Of a DNA stretch of 64,000 nucleotides, positions 10,291 through 19,624 are shown in pieces (the first letter of the stretch is position 1; each line of letters begins with the position of its first letter). Position numbers and translations under genes: made by a program. The notes under the pieces are model-generated. The model had not been told where the DNA came from and made no database searches. It was given only the letters and a program-made list of their open reading frames with translations. Location of the stretch: positions 1,632,001 to 1,696,000 of the forward strand of contig CAWBZI010000001.1 in the NCBI GenBank assembly GCA_963793265.1, read 5' to 3'. Source of the DNA: an uncultured cyanobacterium (GTDB lineage Bacteria; Cyanobacteriota; Cyanobacteriia; Phormidesmidales; Phormidesmidaceae).

Positions 10291-10833
10291 ATGGCGATTT
10301 TAGATTCTAAAGGGCGGCTCTTTGGCAAACTGAGCGTGCTAGACGTAGGCGCGGCCCTGGCCATTTTGATGGTTATCTTCGGCATCTTTTTCTATCCTGG
10401 AGCTACCGGTTCGGTCGCGCAGATAGGCGTTGACACCCAAGCGTTTGAAGTAGATGTGATTGCCCGAGGGCTTACAGTGCTCAACCCTGAAGAGTTTGTC
10501 GCAAATCTGGCGACTACCGAAGAAACGAACGTCGTGGTTCGTAACCAGCCCTACGGCGAGCCTGTAGATATCAAGAAAGTCGTGCCGTTGCCCCGAAGCG
10601 TAGCAGTGCCTCAACCCGATGGTAGCGTTAAGTCGTTTCCCGATCCTCGCCCCGAGCTAGGCTACACCGCAGACATGCTGATTACGCTAGGGGGGAGAGC
10701 CACGACCCAAGACGGCGGCCCGATTTTAGGGGTGCCTGTCAAAATTGGAACACCTATTGAGATCGAAGGTAAAAATTACAATTTCAAAGTATCGACGGTC
10801 GCCGTTCGCTTGCTAGATGAAGCAGCAGAATAG
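10291..10833 (+). CDS. DUF4330 family cyanobacterial membrane-anchored protein
   Basis: MAILDSKGRLFGKLSVLD N-terminus, one TM helix, RNQPYG and VPQPDG motifs. Confidence 0.75.
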   Translation: MAILDSKGRLFGKLSVLDVGAALAILMVIFGIFFYPGATGSVAQIGVDTQAFEVDVIARGLTVLNPEEFVANLATTEETNVVVRNQPYGEPVDIKKVVPLPRSVAVPQPDGSVKSFPDPRPELGYTADMLITLGGRATTQDGGPILGVPVKIGTPIEIEGKNYNFKVSTVAVRLLDEAAE

Positions 10834-10867
10834 GAAATGTTTGCTAAGTAGATATTCGCTAGATAGA

Positions 10868-11515
10868 TTAAGCTAGCTGGCGATCGAGGGTGTCACCGAC
10901 TTTGTTGGCGATGCCTGCGATCCAGGATTCGTCTTGCTGGGTGTAGCTGCGAGGGGCGTCGGCTCCTAGTATGAGAACGCCGCGATCGCCCAAAGGCTGG
11001 CAAATAACGCCCTGTGTATTTTCAGGCAAATAGTCAAACTCAACTCGCCCTGGATAGATATTGAGATTGACTAAATAAACCGGCTTTTGCTTATCTAAAA
11101 CGCGCTGAACAATAACGCCCGGCGTCACCGTATCTTTTAGACCAAAAATGCCGCGCCGCAGCAATACTTGGTCGTCGTGATAAACTACTACGCTACGTGT
11201 CACTGTGTTAGTAAGCAATAGGTGCGAAGCCCAAGCTAGCTCGGTTCTGACTGCATCCGGCAGATCTTCGGCTAAATCAAATCCCTCTTCGCCTATTAGC
11301 TCAACGGTTTCAGGTGGCTTAGGCTGAATTCGCTGCCACAGCAAGCCAATTAATATCAGCAGTGCGCTTAAGATCACCCCTAGCGCGTCTGCACGCGACT
11401 GCGAACTACTCAGATCAGGTGTCGTCACTCGGTTGATAAACAGCAGCACGCCACCCAACGTACCGACCACAATCGGCAAACGCCGTAAAACTTGACTTTG
11501 GTCTGGTCTGGCCAT
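10868..11515 (-). CDS. Cofactor assembly of complex C subunit B (CCB2/CCB4 family; cytochrome b6f heme ci assembly)
   Basis: Two N-terminal TMs, SQSRADAL, ELAWASHLLLTNT, YPGRVEF, GAF-like C-terminus. Confidence 0.8.
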   Translation of the reverse strand: MARPDQSQVLRRLPIVVGTLGGVLLFINRVTTPDLSSSQSRADALGVILSALLILIGLLWQRIQPKPPETVELIGEEGFDLAEDLPDAVRTELAWASHLLLTNTVTRSVVVYHDDQVLLRRGIFGLKDTVTPGVIVQRVLDKQKPVYLVNLNIYPGRVEFDYLPENTQGVICQPLGDRGVLILGADAPRSYTQQDESWIAGIANKVGDTLDRQLA

Positions 11516-11647
11516 AATGATGCGCGCTAGCTCGGCGACTCTGATGAGTTTGGTTTCAATAGTGTATCTTTGTCGAGAACGGCTAGGAAAGTCGAGACAA
11601 GGTAGAAAAGAAGACGGGCAACAATCGGATGAAGGACTGAGGAATTA

Positions 11648-13039
11648 GTGCGAAAGTTTGTAGGGTTAGGAGCGTTCGCGGGGCTGCTGTTGGGTGGATG
11701 CGTGAGCGCCTTCGGATTTGGAGCGAGGCGATCGGTTGAAGGATTGAGCTTAAGTAACGTTGATATTCAGCCCCAGTGGGAGTCGGCCTGGGTAAGAGAG
11801 ACGATTGCTGACGACCCGGCGGCTGAAGCGATTGTGTCGGGGTATGTGACAGGGCTCTCGGCAGCGGGCTATGAAGCCGGTCAGCAAGGCGTATGGGTCG
11901 CTTCAGGAGAGTTTCCCATTGCTCAGCATCAGGGCGGTACTTTGCGGTCTGCGGCGTCGATTACCAAAGTGGCGACCACCTTAGCAGCACTGGCGACTTG
12001 GGACGCTGAGGCTCAGTTTGAGACGCTGGTAGGCTGGCAAGGCAGTATTGAAGACGGCGTGCTGAAGGGAGATTTGATTGTTGAGGGTGGAGGCGATCCG
12101 CTGTTTGTGTGGGAAGAGGCGATCGCACTTGGCAACACGCTACAAAAGATAGGCATTCGCAGGGTCACAGGCGATCTCATCGTGACCAATGCCTTTTCTA
12201 TGAACTTTGAGAGCGATCCGCTGCTCTCAGGTCAGTGGCTAAAAGAAGCCTTTAATCGAGCCGAATGGGGCTATGACGTAGAAAGGGCTCACTTGGAAAT
12301 GCCACCGGGTACGTCTGAGCCTAAGATCCAAATTGACGGTCAGGTGAGAGCTGATGTGGGCAGTTGGCAAAATCGGGTGAGCGGCCAGCTGGTGAGTCAT
12401 CAATCGCTACCGCTGGTGGCTGTGCTGAAGGCGATGAATATTTACAGCAACAATCCGATGGCGGAGCAGATGGCAAATACGCTGGGCGGCTCGCAGGCAG
12501 TGATGCAAAAAGTAGAAGAGGTAACAGGCATCCCGTCGAATGAAATGTCACTGATAAATGGCTCTGGACTGGGCGAAGAAAATCAGATGTCACCGCGCGC
12601 GGCGGTGGCAATGCTACAAAAGATTCAAGAAATTTTGAGATCCACGGCGGGTTCTAGTCAGGGCGTAGCACTCACGCAGCGCTACACTATTTCTGACATT
12701 TTCCCGATTGCAGGCGCAGACGGCGGCACTGTGAGAGATCGTGGCATTCCGAATAATGCTGTGGTGAAAACAGGGAGTCTGGCGGTTGTGAGCGCGTTAG
12801 CAGGCGCTATGCCTACGAAAGAGAAAGGCGTGGTGTGGTTTTCGCTGCTGAATTATGGATCTGGGTTGGATGCTTTGCGATCGCGCCAGGATCAAGTCCT
12901 CAACGCCCTAGAAAATCAGTGGGGCAGGGCCTCAGAAATTCCGCCTGAGCTTCAAACCACCGTCAGAATTGGTGAAGACCCTTACCGATTTGGCGACGAA
13001 CGCCGTAATCAAGTGATCTACGAATCACCAGAACCTTGA
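11648..13039 (+). CDS. dacB: D-alanyl-D-alanine carboxypeptidase/endopeptidase (PBP4, peptidase S13)
   Basis: ASITK (SxxK), SNN (SxN), NGSGL and KTG motifs; GGGDP; possible lipobox LGGC. Confidence 0.88.
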   Translation: MRKFVGLGAFAGLLLGGCVSAFGFGARRSVEGLSLSNVDIQPQWESAWVRETIADDPAAEAIVSGYVTGLSAAGYEAGQQGVWVASGEFPIAQHQGGTLRSAASITKVATTLAALATWDAEAQFETLVGWQGSIEDGVLKGDLIVEGGGDPLFVWEEAIALGNTLQKIGIRRVTGDLIVTNAFSMNFESDPLLSGQWLKEAFNRAEWGYDVERAHLEMPPGTSEPKIQIDGQVRADVGSWQNRVSGQLVSHQSLPLVAVLKAMNIYSNNPMAEQMANTLGGSQAVMQKVEEVTGIPSNEMSLINGSGLGEENQMSPRAAVAMLQKIQEILRSTAGSSQGVALTQRYTISDIFPIAGADGGTVRDRGIPNNAVVKTGSLAVVSALAGAMPTKEKGVVWFSLLNYGSGLDALRSRQDQVLNALENQWGRASEIPPELQTTVRIGEDPYRFGDERRNQVIYESPEP

Positions 13040-13074
13040 TTGCCAGCACCTCAATTACCAGAACCACCAGAACC

Positions 13075-14379
13075 TTAGAGGCCCTCAGGCACAATCTCAG
13101 TGACGACCTCGCCCGACTCGCCGCCCGTCACAACGACGGTGCCCCGCTCAATATTGCCAACCGCCTTAGTCCCGGTCATTGAAACCTCTGGATTTTGAGC
13201 CTGTTCGTAGCTCACGTTGCCTACAGCCTCGATATCCTGGCTGCCCGTTTGCCACGTCACCCGATCAGCGCTCAGCCTGGCATCATTTTCTTCGCCTCTG
13301 GCCAGCACATTGCCCGTTAGGTAAATCGTCTCCTGCGCCAAATCTAAATTAGCCTGGTTTGCCGAAGCCGTAATCTTGCGTTCTGGCTGCTCAATTTGTA
13401 CAGGCTGATCGAGCACTACAGTCTGCGCGTCTACGTCCCACACCGCATTTTCACTTTGAACATTGAGCGGCTGAGCAAGCGAGGTGAGCTGAACTGACTT
13501 ATCAAGGGTCACAATATTCTCGGTGAGATCGACCTGACCGGTTTGACCGATGATGCGATCGCTCACCGTCTGATACGTCTCACCCTCGTACTGCTCCACC
13601 TTCAGCGGATCAGGCGCTTCAATGACCTCGCGCTCAGTGAACCAAACCAAATTATCAGACTCAAACGTCATCCACGGCGTTTCTTTGCTTTTAGCAATCA
13701 CGCCCCCATCTAAGTTCACGCGACCCTCCTGATCAGAAACCGTCACCACATCAGCAATCGTCTCTATCTGCGGATTAAACCCTCTCACTGGCGGCTTCAC
13801 ATCATCAGCCGGAAACCGGTTAGCTGTGGGCTCATCAGAAGATGGAGTAACCGGCTGTGGCTCTACCTCTAAGGCATCACTGTCTGGGTCGCTCTCCAAA
13901 TTGCTGTCCGAATCACGCTCTAGCACCTCATCCTCAAAATTTCCCATGACTAGCAAATCCTGCTTAGGCTGCCACTTCAGGCGATCGCTCTCCAACGTCA
14001 GCTCATTTTCTTTACCATTAGCGATCAAATTTCCAGTCAGGTACAAAGTTTCACCATTTTGCCGAACGTCACCTTCGTCGGCAACAACGGTGTAAATAGT
14101 GTCACCATCGCGAAAAAACTCGCCCTCTAGCGCTTTGAGCGTAGCCCTTTGGTTATCAGGGCTATAGTTAACCGACTTTGCCTTAAGCCGCCACAGCAAA
14201 TTGCCATTCTCGTCAGGCTGCTCAAGCGTTACAGTTTGCAGCGTTAGCTCAGCAGGAATGTCCTCGCCAGCTTCAGGTGCAGCTATCCTACGACCAATTC
14301 CACAGGTGCGCAGGGCCACCACAATGACCACAACGGTTGCGACAACCGCTAGCCATCGGTACCATCTACTCTGCTTCAT
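13075..14379 (-). CDS. lptC: LPS export periplasmic protein, cyanobacterial long LptC
   Basis: N-terminal TM, TLEQPDENGNLLWRLKA, repeated OstA-like beta-jellyroll segments; adjacent to a NYN gene. Confidence 0.78.
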   Translation of the reverse strand: MKQSRWYRWLAVVATVVVIVVALRTCGIGRRIAAPEAGEDIPAELTLQTVTLEQPDENGNLLWRLKAKSVNYSPDNQRATLKALEGEFFRDGDTIYTVVADEGDVRQNGETLYLTGNLIANGKENELTLESDRLKWQPKQDLLVMGNFEDEVLERDSDSNLESDPDSDALEVEPQPVTPSSDEPTANRFPADDVKPPVRGFNPQIETIADVVTVSDQEGRVNLDGGVIAKSKETPWMTFESDNLVWFTEREVIEAPDPLKVEQYEGETYQTVSDRIIGQTGQVDLTENIVTLDKSVQLTSLAQPLNVQSENAVWDVDAQTVVLDQPVQIEQPERKITASANQANLDLAQETIYLTGNVLARGEENDARLSADRVTWQTGSQDIEAVGNVSYEQAQNPEVSMTGTKAVGNIERGTVVVTGGESGEVVTEIVPEGL

Positions 14380-14410
14380 TTATTATCTGCTTTTTGCTAG
14401 AGATGAACAG

Positions 14411-15055
14411 CTAAGGACGCGCCTCAGCCTCATCAAGCATGGAAATGCTAGCGAGCGGGCGATAGGTATAGTTGTGCTGAGGATGACCGTTGTCACTACC
14501 ACCGCGAGAGCTTTTGCGGATATCTTCTTTGACGCTATCTAAGTCGATGTAGCGATCTGAAACATTGATCAGGCTATCGCTCGTCATTGAGCGGAGGCTA
14601 ACGACCTCGACTCGCACGCCTTTATAGCTAGCAGCATCTACAGCATAGGCCAAATCGCCATCACCGCTGACCAACACAGCCGTGTCGTAGCAGTCCACCA
14701 GTGCCATCATGTCCACGGCGATCTCTACGTCTAGGTTGGCCTTTTTAGATCCGTCTGGAAGCTGAACCAAATCTTTTGCAATCACGCGATAGCCATTTCG
14801 ACGCATCCACAGCAAAAACCCCTGCTGTTTCTCATTAGTGCGGTCTACACCTGTATAGAAGAACGCGCGAAATAGCCTTGAGCCTGCCGTTAACCGACAC
14901 AATAGCTTGGTGTAATCAATTTCGATGCCGAGCTGTAAGGCTGCGTAGAAAAGGTTAGAGCCATCTATAAAAATAGCGACACGACCACGGTTTTCTAGTA
15001 CTTGCTCTGGTGTAAAAACGGAATCATGGCCCAAGATTTGATGATTATTTAACAT
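14411..15055 (-). CDS. NYN domain (LabA/DUF88) protein, LalA-like
   Basis: RVAIFIDGSNLFY, KANLDVEIAVD, LVSGDGDL motifs. Confidence 0.88.
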   Translation of the reverse strand: MLNNHQILGHDSVFTPEQVLENRGRVAIFIDGSNLFYAALQLGIEIDYTKLLCRLTAGSRLFRAFFYTGVDRTNEKQQGFLLWMRRNGYRVIAKDLVQLPDGSKKANLDVEIAVDMMALVDCYDTAVLVSGDGDLAYAVDAASYKGVRVEVVSLRSMTSDSLINVSDRYIDLDSVKEDIRKSSRGGSDNGHPQHNYTYRPLASISMLDEAEARP

Positions 15056-16035
15056 GTGTCTTCCCAATTAAAAAGGGCTAATTTTCTGCGGTTATTTTCT
15101 AAGACTTCGATGTTTTAAAGAGGGCTATTTGAGGAATGGACGCAGAGATAGGCTCAGAGGAAGTCAGTAGATTTAGCAAGGTCTGACGGCTATTTTGATG
15201 TGGCTATTTCAGCGAGAACTGTTTTGTCAAATTGAATTTTGGCAAAACAATGGCGCTAGTGCCAGAAGGGCGCTGGCAGAAAAGGCGTCGGTAAACAAGT
15301 CAATAAGCGATAGTTTTTACGGCAGTTTCTTGCAGCCTAGAGCGTGAGCTAGCGTCGCAGGCGCAGCGTTAGCTCACGCTTAGATGATGCTCTCTAGAGA
15401 TAGCGCTTTTTTAGTGCTTTTTTAAAGGGGATAGGTAAGCAAACAACATGCCTACCGCTAAGCGCCTACTGCTACGGATGCTCTATGGAACTAGAACTTC
15501 TAGCGCGTTTCTTCGGTTGAGGCGTTAAGTCGCTGGGCTTAATCGACTCGCTTTTGCTTACTTTTTTATAGGTAAGGTTCTTAGCCAAAAGCGACTAGAA
15601 CAAAAGCACCATTTAAACACTTATAACAACTGACATCAGAGGACTTGGCTCTATAATGACTTCATCATACAGTAAAGATTTTTGCCGTAACTCAAAAGCG
15701 CTAGAACTTAATCTCTTCTCAAGAAATAGGATTTGCTCAGTAGTCAACCGCTGAAGCGCCTAAAAAAAGTCAAAACAACCAAGTGTAGTAGAAAAAACTT
15801 TTTTAGAAAAAAACATAGGAAAAATGCATCTCAACGATGAAATATTTAAATCAACCGGTTTGGCCGCTGAATACGGGTGTAGTGTGGAAGCATCATCTAA
15901 ACGATTAGTGACAAGTATGTAGCGAGGATGAAACTGCGAGCTTGGCATGTACAGAGTGACAGGTCATGGCAAACGCGTTCATATTTTGTTACAAATGAAA
16001 GTGCAATTTACAAAAAGCAGGTATTTACCTCGAGC

Positions 16036-16830
16036 ATGTTAGGCGGTCTGCTAGGCTCTAAATCATCTTCATCCTCAGCGGATTTCGGCGAAAATATGCT
16101 GAATTCCGTTGCACGTCAGGCTATCCAACAACTGTTTACGGACAGTGAGTCTGTAGATGTTTCTATTCGATGTTCACCGTCCAGCAAAATTTTGCAGGGG
16201 GTCGTTGATAGCTTTCAAATGAAAGGTCGCGGCTTGGTGATTAAAAAAATGTTTGAAGCGGCGGAGATGGAGTTTGAAACGGACGCGGTTTCAATCGATA
16301 TCGGCGGGCTGATGGGCGGTAAAATTCGGCTGAAGCAAGCCACCCATGCGATCGCAACCGTCACCATGACCGAATCCGGCATCAACAAGGCGTTCACAGC
16401 CGAACTGGTTGAAAAGCACTTGCAAAACGTTGACACCGAGGAAGTCACCAATCTTTCTGGCGGCGATCCGATTTCGTTTCGCAACGTGAAAATGGAGCTG
16501 CAGCCAGATAAGCGCGTACGGATTTCGGCTCAAACTGATTTGCCTAATCGTTCCGATATCCCCATCAACCTGATTGCAGGGGTTGATGTAGAAAGGCGCA
16601 GGCGAGTTGTTTTCACGCAACCAGAGTTTCTGCCTGAAGGCATAGATGAAGACGTACAGTGGCTCTCTGAAGCACTGATGCCAGCTTTTGTAGGCGTGCT
16701 CAATAAAATGGTGGATCTAGAACGCTTTGACCTTGACGGCGTTTCCTTGCGGGTTAACCGCCTAGAGGTGGAAGGTAAAAAGCTGCTATTTAATGGCTAC
16801 GCCGAGATTGAGCATTTCCCAGGGATGTAG
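16036..16830 (+). CDS. DUF2993 / LmeA-family phospholipid-binding protein
   Basis: DFGENMLNSVA, SESVDVSIRC, KILQGVVD, FETDAVSID, INKAF pattern; ATG at 16036 preferred to 15928. Confidence 0.75.
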   Translation: MLGGLLGSKSSSSSADFGENMLNSVARQAIQQLFTDSESVDVSIRCSPSSKILQGVVDSFQMKGRGLVIKKMFEAAEMEFETDAVSIDIGGLMGGKIRLKQATHAIATVTMTESGINKAFTAELVEKHLQNVDTEEVTNLSGGDPISFRNVKMELQPDKRVRISAQTDLPNRSDIPINLIAGVDVERRRRVVFTQPEFLPEGIDEDVQWLSEALMPAFVGVLNKMVDLERFDLDGVSLRVNRLEVEGKKLLFNGYAEIEHFPGM

Positions 16831-16836
16831 TCATCC

Positions 16837-17484
16837 ATGGGGCTCTTAGAATTATTTAACTCGGGCGGTGTGGTGATGTGGCCGCTGCTCGGATTTTCGC
16901 TGGTAACCACGACGCTGATATTGGAGCGATCGCTATTTTGGCTCCAGCTACACAAAACCCAAGACACTTTCATTCAAAAAGTACTTTCGCTCTATGCCAC
17001 ACAGCCCCAAAGTGCAATTGAAAGCCTGAAAAAAAACAGTCAGTTTCCCATTGCCCGCATCTTTCTAGCGGCGCTCACCCTAGAGCAGGGAACGCCTGAC
17101 GACTTTCGGCTAGCGCTAGAGAGCGCCGCTCAGTTGGAGCTGCCGCTGCTAAAGCGATTCAATACGGTATTTGAAACGATCATTGGGGTTTCGCCTTTGC
17201 TGGGCTTATTAGGCACTATTTTGGGCCTGATGAAATCGTTTGCGTCGCTGCGTATTGGGGAAACGGCGGGGGAGTCGGCAACGGAGGTGACTGCTGGGAT
17301 TGGGACAGCGTTGATTTCGACTGCAACAGGGTTGGTGGTTGCGATCGCGACTCTCCTCTTTGCCAATTTATTTTTAGGTCTATACCGCAGGCAGCGCGCC
17401 GCGATTGAAGCCTACACTGGCAAACTAGAGCTGCTGTACCGGCAGTATTACCGGCAGTATCTCAGCCGTCATCAAAACAAATAA
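16837..17484 (+). CDS. MotA/TolQ/ExbB proton channel family protein
   Basis: GGVVMWPLL, SPLLGLLGT and ALISTATGLVVAI motifs. Confidence 0.9.
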   Translation: MGLLELFNSGGVVMWPLLGFSLVTTTLILERSLFWLQLHKTQDTFIQKVLSLYATQPQSAIESLKKNSQFPIARIFLAALTLEQGTPDDFRLALESAAQLELPLLKRFNTVFETIIGVSPLLGLLGTILGLMKSFASLRIGETAGESATEVTAGIGTALISTATGLVVAIATLLFANLFLGLYRRQRAAIEAYTGKLELLYRQYYRQYLSRHQNK

Positions 17485-17709
17485 CAAGAGCGAAGTTAAT
17501 CAAGTCTTGTTTTGGAGCAATACGATCAAAAGTTAACCCTATAGAGCAATCACAGCAATAGTACTGAGTTGTTAAGGTTATTTCTATGGGTGATCCGGGT
17601 GGTAATGCGTCTTTTATGTAGCAAACGCTATATCTTCAAGTCTCAATCTGTCCTATTTTAGGATCAACGATAATTCTTATTACATGTTCTGCTATTTGTT
17701 ATTAGACCT

Positions 17710-18582
17710 ATGCGTCGCTCCTGGTTAGTTTGGACTATTAGTATATTTGCTTTTTTCCTGACCGCTATATTAGTGGTCACATCTGGGCCAGCCCAAGAGC
17801 AGGTTGGGTCAAACCAGAGAACTACAGCAACAAGTCGTCGGCTCCCTGAGCTAAATAGCTACGCGCGCAACAGCCTCGCACCCAATAAAATGGACGGTGC
17901 AACTGACTTTACGACCACTGAACCGAGCGACAGCTATAACAGCACTTTAGATAGCGATGCGCCTAGCACCACGTTTGCTAGCTCAGGCATTGGCTATCAA
18001 CCCTCTGAGATTGTGCAGCTAGCTGACCCGAGCAACTATGGAGAACGGTTTACCCGCGATGCCAACGGCAATCCAGTTGACAACGACTATATCGTGGTGC
18101 TGCATGAAACTGTCGGCTCAGCGATGAGTGCGCTGAATCTGTTCGCGACAAACCACCCTAAAGACGAAGATCAGGTGAGCTATCACACGTTGATAGCATT
18201 AGATGGCACGGTGATTTATGTGGTGCCGCCCGAGCAGAGAGCTTTTGGCGCAGGCAACTCAGCCTTTAAGTCTTTCCACGGTGAAGAAGCCGTTTTTACC
18301 AATGCTGAGTTTCCCAGCTCGGTCAATAATTTTGCCTACCACATTTCGCTAGAGACGCCACCAGACGGGCTTAACAATAGTTCGCCTGTGCACAGCGGCT
18401 ACACTGAAGCGCAGTACCAGTCACTAGCCTGGCTGCTGGCTCGAACTAACATTCCAGACGATCGGATTACAACGCACGAGGCCGTTGATCGCTCCAACTC
18501 GCGCATGGATCCCCGCTCCTTTGAAGCCGATCGTATGTTTCGGCTGCTGCGGCAATACCCCAGTCGTCAGGCTCAGAGCTGA
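17710..18582 (+). CDS. N-acetylmuramoyl-L-alanine amidase (Amidase_2 family)
   Basis: N-terminal TM/signal, IVVLHET, VSYH, RAFGAG, ISLE, ITTH and RMDP motifs. Confidence 0.85.
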   Translation: MRRSWLVWTISIFAFFLTAILVVTSGPAQEQVGSNQRTTATSRRLPELNSYARNSLAPNKMDGATDFTTTEPSDSYNSTLDSDAPSTTFASSGIGYQPSEIVQLADPSNYGERFTRDANGNPVDNDYIVVLHETVGSAMSALNLFATNHPKDEDQVSYHTLIALDGTVIYVVPPEQRAFGAGNSAFKSFHGEEAVFTNAEFPSSVNNFAYHISLETPPDGLNNSSPVHSGYTEAQYQSLAWLLARTNIPDDRITTHEAVDRSNSRMDPRSFEADRMFRLLRQYPSRQAQS

Positions 18583-18620
18583 TAGTCTCTCCGGTAGCTT
18601 CTTTGGTAAGTTTCTAAAAG

Positions 18621-19604
18621 TTAATATCTGTTTTGTAGTAGCGCTTTTAAGGACTTTTTAATCTCCGTTTTGGCTTGGCCCATGACCTGCTTAAAGTTAG
18701 AAGGCTGCGATCGCTGACGTTGCGCCAGATCGGCTTCAGCTTTGCCCTCGGGATCATTCCGGTAGCGGTAGTGCTCCCACAAACTGCGATAAGGCCCGCC
18801 CGCTCGCATAGGGGTACCCGCCCAGTGAAGATAGCGAAGGGGGCGATCGCCATCAAATAGCACGGCCTCTCGCTGCTCAAAATGGGGCGTCCCACCCCAG
18901 CTTCCGGGTTCGCCAGGGTTCGCTTTAACAATATTGAGCCGACGTGGAATTGCCTTAAGTACGAGATAGTTCATAATTGGCTGATCGGTGGTGCCATTAG
19001 AAAAATCAAAGTACTCACGATGAGCCGCACATTCGCGCAGTAGCTCATAAAGGCGCTCTAAAGGCAGCGCGCTTTTCTTAGATCCCCACAGGCCGCTGTT
19101 AAAAACATCTTTGAGGGCGTCATCGCTAAATATCTTTTGCTCAGGTACTACTTTAGAAAAAACGTCTTCGAGCCCGCCTTTAAAGTGATAGTCACACCAG
19201 ATGAACTCGGCTTTGTCTAAATACGAGAGCGTATCAGAAACGGGCGTAAAAAAGAGGATATCGGTATCTATATATAAAAACTCGTCTAGCGGGCCAAACC
19301 AGGCCGCGAGCTTACGCATTTTATTGGGGAGCGCAAGGAAGTCACGGGGGAAGATCTCACCGATCTTTTGCGTTAGCGAGTGTAGAAAGTCCAAATCAGG
19401 AAATAGCTGCACGTTGTACAAGGTGCTCAGACGTTCGGCAACGTGGTGGTAGTCGTCGTTGAATGGAATGAGGTAGACCAGAATATCGGGATCGGTGAGG
19501 CGAAGGCTGCTCATGAGGGCGATCGCATTTTCTGCAACCCGATCGTTGGCCACTATATACACGCCGCGCTTGGCTTTTTGATCTACTTCCACTATTTGAT
19601 CCAC
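18621..19604 (-). CDS. GT8-like glycosyltransferase (Npun_R2821/R2822-like family)
   Basis: RGVYIVANDRV, FLYIDTD (DxD), FNSG, DQPIMNY and YLHWAG motifs. Confidence 0.72.
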   Translation of the reverse strand: MDQIVEVDQKAKRGVYIVANDRVAENAIALMSSLRLTDPDILVYLIPFNDDYHHVAERLSTLYNVQLFPDLDFLHSLTQKIGEIFPRDFLALPNKMRKLAAWFGPLDEFLYIDTDILFFTPVSDTLSYLDKAEFIWCDYHFKGGLEDVFSKVVPEQKIFSDDALKDVFNSGLWGSKKSALPLERLYELLRECAAHREYFDFSNGTTDQPIMNYLVLKAIPRRLNIVKANPGEPGSWGGTPHFEQREAVLFDGDRPLRYLHWAGTPMRAGGPYRSLWEHYRYRNDPEGKAEADLAQRQRSQPSNFKQVMGQAKTEIKKSLKALLQNRY

Positions 19605-19624
19605 CGTTAAATTCCTAACAAACT

